Shown here piece after piece: positions 52,714 through 64,000 of a stretch of DNA of 64,000 nucleotides. The position numbers and the translations under genes were made by a program. This DNA comes from Plasmodiophora brassicae (taxonomy: Eukaryota). The stretch spans positions 496,001-560,000 of the forward strand of contig CP145417.1 of the NCBI GenBank assembly GCA_036867785.1, in the 5' to 3' direction. Positions within the stretch are counted from its first letter, which is position 1. Every line of letters starts with the position of its first letter. The notes under the pieces are model-generated. The model was not told the origin of the DNA. It searched no databases and was given only the letters and a program-made list of their open reading frames with translations.

Positions 52714-54519
52714 CTAGTCGTCCGAGTAGGTGCCCGCGTCTGTCGTGGACGTGTATGTGTCTTGATGGACGTTGTCGTGCGCTTCCTCCCGTCGTGGTCG
52801 CCCCAGCGTCGCCGTCCCGGTTGGCGGCGAATTCTGGTACGGCGCCGACGCTGGTGGCAAGTAGTACCGGTTGCTCGCCTCGACCGACGCCTGTGTTGGC
52901 ACGTTGCTCAGATCGCGCCCGCCGTCTCCAACGAATTCGCAACGTACGGTGCCTTCAAAGGCGGCCGTCGGGAAGTACTGTGCAGGTGCAGATGCCGCAT
53001 GCATGAGCACGGGGAACGCCGCTTGGGGGATCGTGGGCTGGGACAGCGCGCGCGCTGTTGACCGCTTCCGTTGCCGACGCGTCAGCCACCACGCCGCGAT
53101 CATCCCCAGGGACACGCCTGCAAGGCACCCGGCGAGCGCCGCAGTCGTTGTCGAGTCCGACAGCGGTCGGGTAGGACTCGGCGACGCCGAGGGACTGGCT
53201 GTCTCCCCGGGTGCAGGCCCTGGGCCTGGTCCCAACGTCGTCCGGGTCGTCGCCTGGACCTGCGAAGGGGCCTTCACCAGTGAGGTGGCCGGTGTCGCCC
53301 CGGGCGAAGGCGCCGCCGGCCCTGATCCCAGGCTGCGACCTGTGGTCGTCGGGGCTCTCGATGTGGGAGGACGTACCACCAGCGACGTCGGCGGGAACCC
53401 TGGGGTCAACTTCCTCGACGGCAGGTTGATCGTCACGCGCCGCCTGGTGGTTGACGCCGACGTCTTGGTCGTCGACGATGACATCCGATTGCACTGAGCG
53501 ACGACGGCGAGCCATTTGCGGACGCCAGGTGCTGGGGCGGGGGCGAACGTCGTATCGTTGGCCTGCACGGTACAGGAGGGCTTGTCGAGGCACAGCCGCT
53601 GGACGACGGCCAGGCTGGTGTTGGCGTGCACGAGGCCGATCGTGAACGACGGGAAGTCCCCTTGTGGCGTCCCGTACGATGCGAACAGGATACGCGCGAT
53701 ACGCGCCCCAGTGCCCGCCGGGCACGACACGTTTAACAGGCCGTTCGTGGCCGGCGCCGCCTCGGCGACACTGGCCGAATTCGGCAACCATTCGTAGACG
53801 AACCCGCCGGCCCGGCTCCCGCTGGCCTGGTACGACAACTGCCCGCTCGTGAACGCCATGGGCGGCGGCGCCGTCGACGACTTGACCTGGTCCAGCTCTG
53901 CTGCGCTCAGCGCCCGGTCGTACAGCGTCACGTTGTGCAGGACGGCCAGCGCGGTCTGGATTATGGGATCGGTCGTGAACACGGCGGACTGATCGAGAGG
54001 TAATGGCTTCCTGTTCGTGCTGGCAGGTAGTAGCGCCAGGCTGGCCGTTGGGCTCGTCGCATAGTATAGGTTGAGCGGCTGGGTGGAGGCTGTGTTGTTA
54101 ACGGTGACGGCCAGGAACGCCCACTGGCCGAACAGGACTGCCTCGGTGTTGGGCGGCGTGACGGCCCCGTAGAGCTGGTTGCTACCGCCGGCGTGCCAGC
54201 CCGTGCTGATGTGCAGCACGTTCGGGAACATGACGTACAGCGCCGGCAGTCGAATAAACACGTCGCCCGCTGTCGTAGACACAGTGAACAGGCTCAGGAA
54301 CCCGTACCCGCCATGGTTCAACAGCTTGTTCCACGGGTCCAGGTACGCCCACATCGTGAACGTCAACGCCGGCGACGCCGGCGACTGGGCATAGGGCGGC
54401 GGGCCCGGCGCGACGAACCCGCGCCAGATGCGCAACCGGCCCAGGATCGTCCAGCGGCCGGCGCCCGCAGATGGGGACAGCAGCAGAGCCGCGAGCAGAC
54501 ACGCCCACAGCCGAGACAT
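52714..54519 (-). CDS. LamG + SUEL lectin type I membrane protein, copy D
   Basis: Same architecture; most divergent LamG loops. Confidence 0.85.
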   Translation of the reverse strand: MSRLWACLLAALLLSPSAGAGRWTILGRLRIWRGFVAPGPPPYAQSPASPALTFTMWAYLDPWNKLLNHGGYGFLSLFTVSTTAGDVFIRLPALYVMFPNVLHISTGWHAGGSNQLYGAVTPPNTEAVLFGQWAFLAVTVNNTASTQPLNLYYATSPTASLALLPASTNRKPLPLDQSAVFTTDPIIQTALAVLHNVTLYDRALSAAELDQVKSSTAPPPMAFTSGQLSYQASGSRAGGFVYEWLPNSASVAEAAPATNGLLNVSCPAGTGARIARILFASYGTPQGDFPSFTIGLVHANTSLAVVQRLCLDKPSCTVQANDTTFAPAPAPGVRKWLAVVAQCNRMSSSTTKTSASTTRRRVTINLPSRKLTPGFPPTSLVVRPPTSRAPTTTGRSLGSGPAAPSPGATPATSLVKAPSQVQATTRTTLGPGPGPAPGETASPSASPSPTRPLSDSTTTAALAGCLAGVSLGMIAAWWLTRRQRKRSTARALSQPTIPQAAFPVLMHAASAPAQYFPTAAFEGTVRCEFVGDGGRDLSNVPTQASVEASNRYYLPPASAPYQNSPPTGTATLGRPRREEAHDNVHQDTYTSTTDAGTYSDD

Positions 54520-54965
54520 ACCCAGTGCGTACCTCGCGATCCGACCACTGAATCGTACCCGTCACTGGAGGATCCATCGGCGACGGCTGCAGTCATGCCA
54601 TGTCCTGGACGACGTGACGCACCGTCTGGTTCATGTTCTGCAGAGCGTTCCGGGGCACCTCCTGACTTGGGCCCAGCGCACGAACCCGGCTGCAGCTTCG
54701 GACAGGGCGAGACGGGGAACAACGGCGCGGGATACACGCAGTCACAGAGCGGGCGACGGTGTCACCGGCTGGTTGTGGGTTCCCGGTTCCCACCACCTGC
54801 GACGTACGTACCAACGGCATGAGCGTGGAACAACAACAACCGCGAATGCCGTCGGGCGGCGCGTGAACGTACCATGCGGACCGGGCACGACAGATATCGT
54901 GCCAGGATCGAACCCGGGCAGCGTAGCGTACACGGTATCGAATCGTTCCCCAGCATCGCGACGTG

Positions 54966-57900
54966 ATGGCATCCGCCGTTAACGTGCTAGCGATTATCGC
55001 GGCCGCGTTGCTGGCGTCCGGCGACCACCTGCCCGGGCACCACGATGCGTCCCTGTGGCCCAGCTACGTGGACGGTACGGTGCACACCAGGATGATCCTC
55101 CTGCAGTCCGCCGTGATCGACACGAACCACGCCGACCCTGTCGCGGTCGAATCAGCCCCCGCCTACGCCATGCACTACGTCGTGCAGGTCGCCGCCCCTG
55201 TCGCAGTCGACGTCAAGCAGGCTCTCGAGCAGGCCGTCGGCCACCCGCTGCACCGGTACATCCCGCACAACGCCTTCATCGTCTACACCGACCGGGCCGG
55301 CCTGGTCCGCGTCCAGTCCATCCCGCAGGTCGTCTGGATCGGCGAATGGCGTCCTGCCTACAAATCGTCATCGTCGTCGTCGTCGCCGTCGTCCGGGTTC
55401 GAGGCCCTGTCCGACACCAACCTGGACGATTCCGAGGTGCTGGCCTTGCTGCCCCGGGACGTCCCTGCCGAATGCAACGTCGATGCGGCGAACACGGCCG
55501 GTGCGTCCTGGGCGGCCCAGGCACCCGCAACCGTCGGCCTGACGTTCCAGACGAACGCTCACGCCGCCTGCCGCGTCCGAATCTTCGCCATCCATCCGGC
55601 CGATGCGCCGCAGGCATCGCCGACCAAGGCGCAAATCGACTCGTTGATCGCCTGGTTGGCGTCGTTGCCCAACGTCCTCACGGTCGGTGGTGTCTGGGCG
55701 CCCAGCGGATGATGCATGACCTGATGCGCAGCGATCAATGACAGGTGAGCCGACGCGAGCGCTTCCAGTTGCACAACTACTTCGGGAAGTCGCTGCTGCA
55801 GAACGACGACATGTACGGCGACGACGACAACAACCTGCTGATGAGTCGGCGGAACATACGCGGGCAGGGCCAGATCCTGGGCGTCAGCGACACGGGCATC
55901 AGCGAGGCGAACTGTTTCTTCCACGACCCCGACGTCCCGCTGGTGTACACCCGGATCGTGGGCAGCACGAACCCTTGGAACCTGACGGCCGGGCGGCATC
56001 GGAAGATCGCCCAGTACGCGTATGGCACCGAGGGCGACACCGTCGACGCCAGCGGCCATGGGACGCACGTGTCCGGCACGCTGGCCGGGAAGATCGTCAA
56101 CGACATGCCCTGGTCGTCGTACAACGGCGGCGCGCACGAAGCGCGTCTGGCGTTCTTCGACATCGAGACGGGCGGGGACGTCTCGTTGCCGGTCAGCCTG
56201 CAGGCCGACTACTTCCCCTATTCGTACGCGCTGGGCGGGCGCGTCAACTCGAACAGCTGGGGGTCGGCGACCTCGTCCGACTACGGGCAGTACACGGTCA
56301 CCTGCCAGGACGTCGACGAGTTCGTCTGGCGCCACCCGGACATGCTGGTCGTGTTCGCCGCCGGCAACGAAGGCGAGTTTGGCCCCGGGACGGTCACGCC
56401 GCCCGCGACCGCCAAGAACGTGATCGGCGTCGGCGCCAGCGTCTCGTCACCGTTCATGTTCACGAAGACGTACTGCCTGAACGGGTTGGAGCCGTCGTCC
56501 GAAGAGTGCCAGGTGACTGGCACCTGGGGCGACAACACGCAAGACGACCTGGTACGCGGACGGGGATCTCTCCTTCGCGTTGTTCGACGCCAGCGCTGAC
56601 GCGCTGTCGCAGGCCGAGTTCTCGTCGCTGGGGCCGACGAGCGACGGGCGCTTCAAACCCGACCTGGTGGCGGACGGCCTGCAACTCATTAGCGCGGGTC
56701 GTGGGGCGTGCAACCAGTCGGTGACGAACGACCTCCTCATCGATCAGGGCACGTCGATGGCCACGCCGTTGGTCGCTGGCCACATGGGTACGCCCCTCCC
56801 CTGGTTGCGGCACTCGTCATCATCAACCGTCTGACCTCCTGCTCTCGCAGTGCTCGCTAGGCAGTACCTGCTCGAGGGGTACATGCCGTCCGGCACGAAG
56901 ACGGCCGCCGACGGGTTCTCGCCGTCTGCCGCGCTGCTGAAGGCGATCGCCATCGGCGGGTCGTTCCCGATCCAGTCGATCCGATCGATCCAGAACAATT
57001 ACCTGGTGCAGGAGAGCGCGGGGACGCCGCCGGACAACCAGCAAGGGTTCGGGCGCGTGCGGCTGAACCGCGTCCTGTACTTCGCCGATGAGGACAGCAC
57101 GGCCCACGTCACGTTCATGCCGCGTGGGCCGAACCGGGCCGACCCGGTCCTGTCGCACAGCAACCACACCCACACGTACACGTTCTGCGTCTCGTACCTG
57201 TACACGTTGTGGCCACCGCGTTTCACGCTGGTATGGACCGACGCGCCACAAATCGCGGGCACGTCCCCGACCATCATCCAGGACCTGGACCTGACCGTCA
57301 CGCTCAGCACGTCGCCAGCCGCAACGATTTACGGTACGTTGGCGACCGTCGACGGCGGAAGTGGGCGACAACGCCGTCTAACGTGCTGGGCAGCGAATGG
57401 CGGCAGTGGGTACGACCGGGTGAACACGGTCGAGAGGGTCGTGCTGGATAGCAACGTCCAGCCGGGCGTGGAGATCACGGTGACGGTGTCGGGCGCGAAC
57501 CTGCCGGTGCAGATGCCGGGGTACCCTTCGTCGACGCAGCCGTACGCGCTGGTGGCCACCGGGCGAATCGTGCAGACGACGTGCGCGCAGGAGTTCCCTG
57601 GCGGCGTGATCCCTCCCGGCCGGCTGGTCGATCAGAGTCTGATCGAGCAGCAGAAGATCGCGGCGCAGCACAGCCCGCCGCCGTTGCCGAACACGTTCCT
57701 GGGCCATCTGAAAGCGCTCGACTTCAGCGATATACGCGTGACGCTCGTTGTCGTCGGCGTGGGCCTGTTCCTGCTCGGGATCATCGCCTGCTTGTATTGC
57801 GCGATCGCATACGATGATTCGTGTTGCGGGACCAGGAGCCCTGGCGGCGGCGACGGCGACGCTGGGTCCGCCATTGATGAGTACCGGATGGCGGACGGCC

Positions 57901-58121
57901 AGCGCCCGGTGGTGCACCTTGGCAACCCGGGCAGCAAACGACAAATCGCCGGGTACGAGTCGGCGAGCCTGGGATCGGGTCCACCTGCAGGGCATGCCCG
58001 ACAGCTGTCGTCTGGCGTGTCAATCCCGGCTCAGCGTCATAATCCAGCAGCGAGCCCGCTGCCGCATCCCGGTGCACCACCTGGAGCGTCCGGCGCCGCG
58101 TCCAACAGGCCTGCATGGTGA
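54966..58121 (+). CDS. Membrane-anchored subtilisin (S8, KP-43/TagC-like)
   Basis: Signal peptide and propeptide; catalytic VSDTG, GHGTHV, AAGNEG, GTSMATP; QGFGRV, LVWTD, NTVERV, QPYALV; C-terminal TM; about 4 introns. Confidence 0.88.
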
Positions 58122-58341
58122 CCGTGCACCCCGACTCGTTAACCGGGAGTGCCGGTTCTGGACGTTCCCGAGTCTGCCCACTCGAGCTATCACTAAAGCC
58201 GCTTCCGTAGTCGGATCCTGACGCCGACGTCTGACCCAGACAGTGCCCATGTCTTATTATGTGAAAGTGTGCGGCAAGGCATCGGGACGATGTTCGAGAT
58301 AACGTATTCGTTTATTCGGACAATGATATGGTAGAGAGCAG

Positions 58342-61291
58342 CTACAATCGTCGGGCGGCGCGAACAACAGCAACGACAAGGACGTCGACGAGCACCATGG
58401 CAACCGTGTCGAAGACCAGCTTGGGTGCTGCGAACCAGACCAGAGTCAGTGCCGGGCGCTTCACACACATGATGCAACTGAACGATCGTACCGAAAATGT
58501 CCCATACCATGAGATGTCGACGCTGTATCAAGGTGTTGAGGGTCGACAAGCCGGCACGGACAGCATTCAGGAACATCATGCAGATGGCGGGACGCTCGAA
58601 AGCGTACCCAAGGTGTCGGGAATCGCGCTTATGTAACCGCGGCGACGATGCCTCATCTAGGTCTGGACATAACAGCGCAAGGCCAATAATGCACACGAGG
58701 TACATGCCGAACGTGTTCAACGCCAGCAGCGCCCCAGATCGGTAGAACTCGAACGTTTCGAATCCGACAAAAGCGGCGGAGACTTGAAGCGAGCCAAACG
58801 CGTTCGTATGACCCGTCGCAAAGTACACGCGCACGCTCAGGAACCACATAAACGTGGTTTCGGGGATACCCGTCCACCCCCGAGAACCTATTCGCTTGCG
58901 ACGTGCCTCGAGCAGCCCAATGATTGAATACGCTGCCGCGTAGACAGAAGGAGAGCGGGCGCCCTGGACAAGCAGCAGTGGGCCGGTCAATGCCCCCAGA
59001 AGCAATGAAATCGACGTATCCCGGTTAGTCTTCACACCAAATTTAGACGAGCTGGTTACCGATAACGCTACAAATGCAGACGTCACGTAGACGTAATTCG
59101 GCAAGTAATGGAAAGACGCATGCGAGTCCAGCGTCGTAGAGACGTCCTTGTACCAGTACACTCCAATTACGACCAGAATGGAAGCGAGCCAGACGGTAAG
59201 CAGAACGCGCATGACTGGTTGGTTAAGCTTGGATATCTGGGCCACCATGAAGGCAGCAAGTACGACCAGCCCAGCATACGTCTGAAAGAGCTGCGACGGT
59301 GAGAAGAACTCATCAGAGAGCAACGCACCGGGTCCAAACGACTCTCCTTCACCCATGATTCGAAGCAGAATAGCGATTGCCAGTGCACTCAGCACACTGA
59401 TGAAGCCATCAACACCTGGCAATCTCAAGTCAAACAGACCCAGGAGGAGTGCCATGGATACGGCAAAGTAGCGAACCGCGAGCCCGTCCTGTGAGATCAA
59501 ACTGCTTGTGAAGAGACCTTCCATATAGCACCCGATGATGAACAGCGTTCCCGCCACTGGGATTGACGGGAACACGAAATCGCGCCTGGCGGACACGAAA
59601 GCATCGTAGATGACTCGAAGAAGCGCACCTATGCAGGCAGACGATGCGATGGAGGACAGCGCCGACAGGCCAACCACAATGTGAGTGATGGGCGACAGCA
59701 TTACGACGCTGGCCAGAACTGATTTTGCCATTCCAGGCGCGGATAGAACAGGTTCGAACCCAACATAGCAGGTGGCTGCGAGAGCAGTCAGAATGGTCAG
59801 GAACAGGCCATGGGCCATGAATTCCAGGTTGAAGACGGTCCATTTCTCGCGACACAGTTCTCCAGATCGTAACAGGACCTTCTCGTACCGGGAAACGATA
59901 TCTTCCAGTACCACATTCCGGCGGCCTGCGTCTTCGAGGGTCGCATCCAAGTACTGCCCATCGACAGCGAGGAATTCAGACGTTAGATGTTGCATCGATT
60001 CCGTCTCGAACACATCCGACTCGGTGGAATACTCGTGCAGATACCGTTGGACCTGCCAGGCGTTCGTGCGCAATGCGTGAACCCGCTGGGCCAGGTCGCC
60101 ATTCAACCCGAACATGTCACTAATGACCATTCCCAGGTTGGCGTACGGAATGGGCGTTCCCATCAGCAGCGAGACCGTCGGTACCAGGTCGACCTGCTTG
60201 ATCGACGGATGAATCGGGTGCCGGAGACCAGTGCTTCGCGGAAAGATGGCCCGTTTGCTGTAGACGAACAGCGCCGCGTTGGCCTCCTTCGCGGTTGTCC
60301 CGCCGTGGTTGCCATCGGACGTCATGCCGTGATCCCCGAACACGAACAATATGGTATCGTTGTCAAGTGCTCCAACAAGGTCGTCAAGGACGCCGTCGAG
60401 CTGGGTCAGCTTGTCCTTCATCGTCGGATGATTGGCGTAGAATCGATGTCCAATGTGGTCGACACCCAAGAAATGCGCAATCAGTAGGTCGAAGGCCCCA
60501 GCGTCAACTTCTGGACGCAGGTGGGCAATGACGCCATCATCGACAGTATGCAGGTCCTAACATATACAGCTCTGTGTAAGAGCGCCGCCATTGCCGAACT
60601 GGTTATCGTCGCCATATACCTTAACATTGAACGACGGGTACGGATACGCTTTGTGGAACGTGTTCGGGAACAGGTTGATCCACGTGTCATCGCCCATCAT
60701 GACCAGATGCAGGCCTGACTTTCGGAACTGATGGACAATGTTGTCCTCCCGAATGGCATTGCTGTCGAAATTGCTGCTGAAATCAATGAAGGTCGGCATA
60801 CCGCCAGTAACTAGCGCCTTCAGCCTCTGCATGGTGGTTGTCGGTGGGTCCGCCTCAAATACGTACAGCCTGCCATGTTCTGGACTCGTGGAGCTGATTC
60901 GTTCGAAGAGCTTCAAACGGTTCCGGAAATTGAGGTGCTCGTCGTGGTCGAGATCCTGATCGTAATGCGCGAAATCGAACCGGAGGGCGTCCACGACGAC
61001 CAGAACCGCCTTCCGGAACCGCCTCTGCATCCAGCAGCCATTCCCATCCCATTCCGGCACAACAGACGGCGACCCGGCCGCATGCCATCGCTCCAACCGC
61101 CTGGAATAGTCGCCACTGAGGTCGTGGACAGCGGCGAACTCCCGGACGGCGTCGTACGCCGTCGGCGACGCGTCGCATTCGCTCCGGCGCGGGAGCTCGA
61201 TTCGCGTCAGCATGAAGCCGACCATGAAGACGTACACGGACACGATATGGGCCACGAGCAAGCATGCCATGAACAGCTGCGCGCCCGACAT
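58342..61291 (-). CDS. PIGO: GPI ethanolamine phosphate transferase 3 (PIGO/GPI13)
   Basis: GFMLTR, VVDALRFDF, ADPPTTTMQRLKALVTG, GDDTW, HFLGVDHIGH, GDHGM, QVDLVPT, ATGH, RRHLMVWDIF|APK. Confidence 0.92.
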
Positions 61292-61670
61292 TTTGCAACT
61301 GAAACAATCGCAGCACAGCGCGGCACTGCAGGACGACGAGCACGTCAAGACTCAAGACCTACACCTACAGACGTGGGCAAAAAATAGATTCAGACCGACC
61401 AAGGCATTATTCCTCATGAGGTCGCGTCTGTCGAACCGCCGTTGCATTGCCCGATGACTGCGGCGCAGGCCCCGGAATGTAGCTTCGCTGTCCAACGATT
61501 CCCAGACGGTTCTGGGAAGAACCCCCCGACCGTCACGAATGCTCGCGGGCTCTGCGTGTGGTGGCTAAACGAGGTCATGGCCCTGCGCAATTTGCGTTGA
61601 CCTACCAGGGCGGTTCTCACACCGGGCAGACCAGACTGTCGTACGATACTAGGTCCAGGAGCGTCGGAGC

Positions 61671-63372
61671 ATGACGCGTTCGCGGTCGCAGGACGGCAGC
61701 GACTACGACGAACCACACGCCTGTGAACTGTCCAGGGTCACCGATTACGATGACGCCATGCGGCTGGAGAAGGCCGGCCCCTCCGACATGCTGTGGTCGG
61801 CGCATGGCCTGTTCGTCGAGAACTCCGTCTGGAATGTGCGGTGGAAGACGCTGGTCATCACTCTCGTTCTCATCGAGGCGATCCGCGTGCCGTACCTGCG
61901 CGTGTTCCACCCGGCGTACGACACGACGTTCGGCGACGCGTTCATCAACGCCGTCTTCATCATCGACGTGTTCGTCCAGTTCAACACGGCCGTCATCGGT
62001 GGCGATGGCCAATGGGTGAAGTCGCGTCGGGAAATCGCTGTGCGGTACGCGCGATCATGGCTAATGGTCGACCTGATTTCGGCGCTTCCGCTGGACCTCA
62101 TGTTCGCCGCTGCCGTCCACCTCCGGATCGTGAAGATCCTTCGTCTGGCGCAGCTACTTCGCGTGCTGCGCCTGTCCCGCTTCTGCAAGACGATGCAGGA
62201 GAAACTGGCCATGCGCACGTCGGCCTATCGCGTCATTCGGTTCGTTGTGTTCCTGTGCATATCCGCGCATTGGTCGGCGTGTATCCTCTGGGCCATCGAG
62301 CGCAACTCGCCTGAGCATGTCCGATGGCTCGACCGTGTCGGCCTGACGGGTACAAGGGTTTCCGGTTCGGCGATCTTCGTTGCCTGCCTCCAGTGGTCGT
62401 TGTCGACCTTGTTCCCGATCGGATATGGCGACCTCGTGGCGACGTTGTACATACCCACACAGATCTATGCGATCGCCTGCATGGCGATCGGGGCGGGCGT
62501 GTTCACGTTCATCATCACGCGATTCCATGGGCTGATTCGCGATGCCGAACATATCGAACGGACATCGTTCCAGCTCACTATGGAGCGCCTGACGCATGTC
62601 GCTGAGGTGGCACGCCTGCCGGAAGACCTGCTCGCCGACCTACACGTGTTCATGCAGTACAACCGACGAGCGGCTGCTTCTGAGGCGTTTCACGAGCGAA
62701 CTCTGCTCGACGAGCTGTCTCGTTCGCTTCGTGCCGAGGTGTGTACTGGTTGCTGGCGAATCAATTGCATGTTTCTTACTGGGGTGACAGGTGACTCGGC
62801 ATACCATCAGCAATTTCGAAGCATCCGATGCGTTCTTGGTGGACTGTGTGCTGGCGATGACGACGCTATGCTTGCCACCGCGCGAGGTGATGTACGACAT
62901 GGGCCGTAATGCGCTCTGGTTGATCATCGACGGCGAACTGGTACACGACGGCGAGCTTCTTCGTCAGGGCGACCACTTTGGCCAGTTGTCCTGGCAGGCA
63001 TCGAAGAGACAGACCGTAACTAGGACCAGGACGTGGTGCCACCTGTCTGTTCTCTCCAAAGCGTCACTGCTTGACGTCTTGAGAAAGTACGAGGGCATGC
63101 TGGATTCCACTGGCTTGCAGATCGCCGATCACGTGGAGCCCGACCTGACGGCTGGTGTCGTCACGAAAATCGTTCCCCGTTTGTCGCTCCGGCAAGCGCG
63201 GGCGTTGTTGGTCATAACGGAATCTCTGCGAAATCGTCTCCGTGCGCAAGACGTCCTGATCGAACGGGTCGACGAAGCGTTTGGCGCTCACATTGGGGCG
63301 AGAACACCGTCGCGATCTCAGGGCGACAGTGACGAAGACGAATCGTATAGGATACGACGCTTGTCAGGTTAA
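61671..63372 (+). CDS. Voltage-gated cyclic-nucleotide-binding-domain cation channel (EAG/HCN/CNG-like)
   Basis: S4 LRIVKILRLAQLLRVLRLSR, HWSAC, pore PIGYGD, C-linker, CNBD GDHFGQ..CHLSVL; intron 62740-62790. Confidence 0.85.
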
Positions 63373-63474
63373 GCTTGTCTGCGCACAGAATAAATATCAA
63401 TCGTAACCCTACTACAGCAATCTTGCCTGGAATCTTACCCGTCGAGATATGACGACGGAAGGCGTAGACGTCGC

Positions 63475-63959
63475 ATGGAGTTCTGCAACGATGCTGAAGG
63501 CGAGATCCCGGCTGGTCTGGGAACGGGCGGGCATTAGTACTAAGAGCCGTTGCCTAGGGGATTGTCGATAGCTTCCTTAGGCGGCCGCCTGTTTCGTCCG
63601 GCGACGTCCGCGCGGCATGTTTCTCGAGCATACTGGCGCGCCTTCCGCCATCCAAGATCGGAATGCCGCCGTCGCCTCAGCAGCAGGACGCCGCCGCCCG
63701 TTTTCGCGCTTTCAACGACATGGTCAATCGAATCCGGAAAGGCCAACCCATATCCGGCCACCTGCCCCACCAGTCATCACCGGCGAAAATCGTCCTTCTC
63801 CCTATACGGCAGCGGACCCCAACGCTGAACCGCACGCGCAGCGAGCCATCGGTCGCCGCGGGCACCCTGCGACAACGACCGCTGCCGACAAAATCACTGC
63901 TCAAAACTGCTGCCCTACTGAATGCGGGCAGATACCCTTTCCAGCCCAGCCGGAAATGA
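63475..63959 (+). CDS. Hypothetical small protein
   Basis: ATG 63475, possible short intron, ORF to 63959; no homology recognised. Confidence 0.25.
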
Positions 63960-64000
63960 AGTTGCGGCATGACATTAACTGGCTCACTGGCCACGGCAGA

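Noticed and set aside
49610-52942. 1110-aa ORF as a giant fusion protein
   Set aside because: It is copy C (ATG 52591) read through an intron into an off-frame GC-rich stretch of copy B.

Overview
Gene-dense eukaryotic DNA with very short (~45-60 nt) GT-AG introns and GC around 55-65% by eye. The style suggests a phytomyxid/rhizarian protist such as Plasmodiophora; this is inference only. 1-16.6 kb holds housekeeping genes: Ssu72, Treslin/Sld3-like, Fuzzy-like, a glycosyltransferase-like protein, a peroxisomal FAR-GNPAT fusion, membrane proteins and a CBS+C2 protein. 16.7-54.5 kb is a four-copy array of LamG+SUEL-lectin membrane receptors broken by a transposon nest. A 10.5 kb Mutator element (spliced transposase-Ulp1 fusion) splits copy A and carries an intact chromodomain Gypsy in one of its introns. 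A putative ~19 kb decayed Helitron carries a second intact Gypsy, a CACTA remnant, an intronless Crinkler-like REase-kinase, a TIR element with a non-transposase cargo gene and a scrambled OB-fold gene. 55-64 kb holds a membrane-anchored subtilisin, PIGO and a CNBD cation channel. Most striking signal: both Gypsy elements lack a tRNA PBS and have a perfect 10-bp palindrome at the same position. All calls come from reading the sequence by eye; no searches were run.
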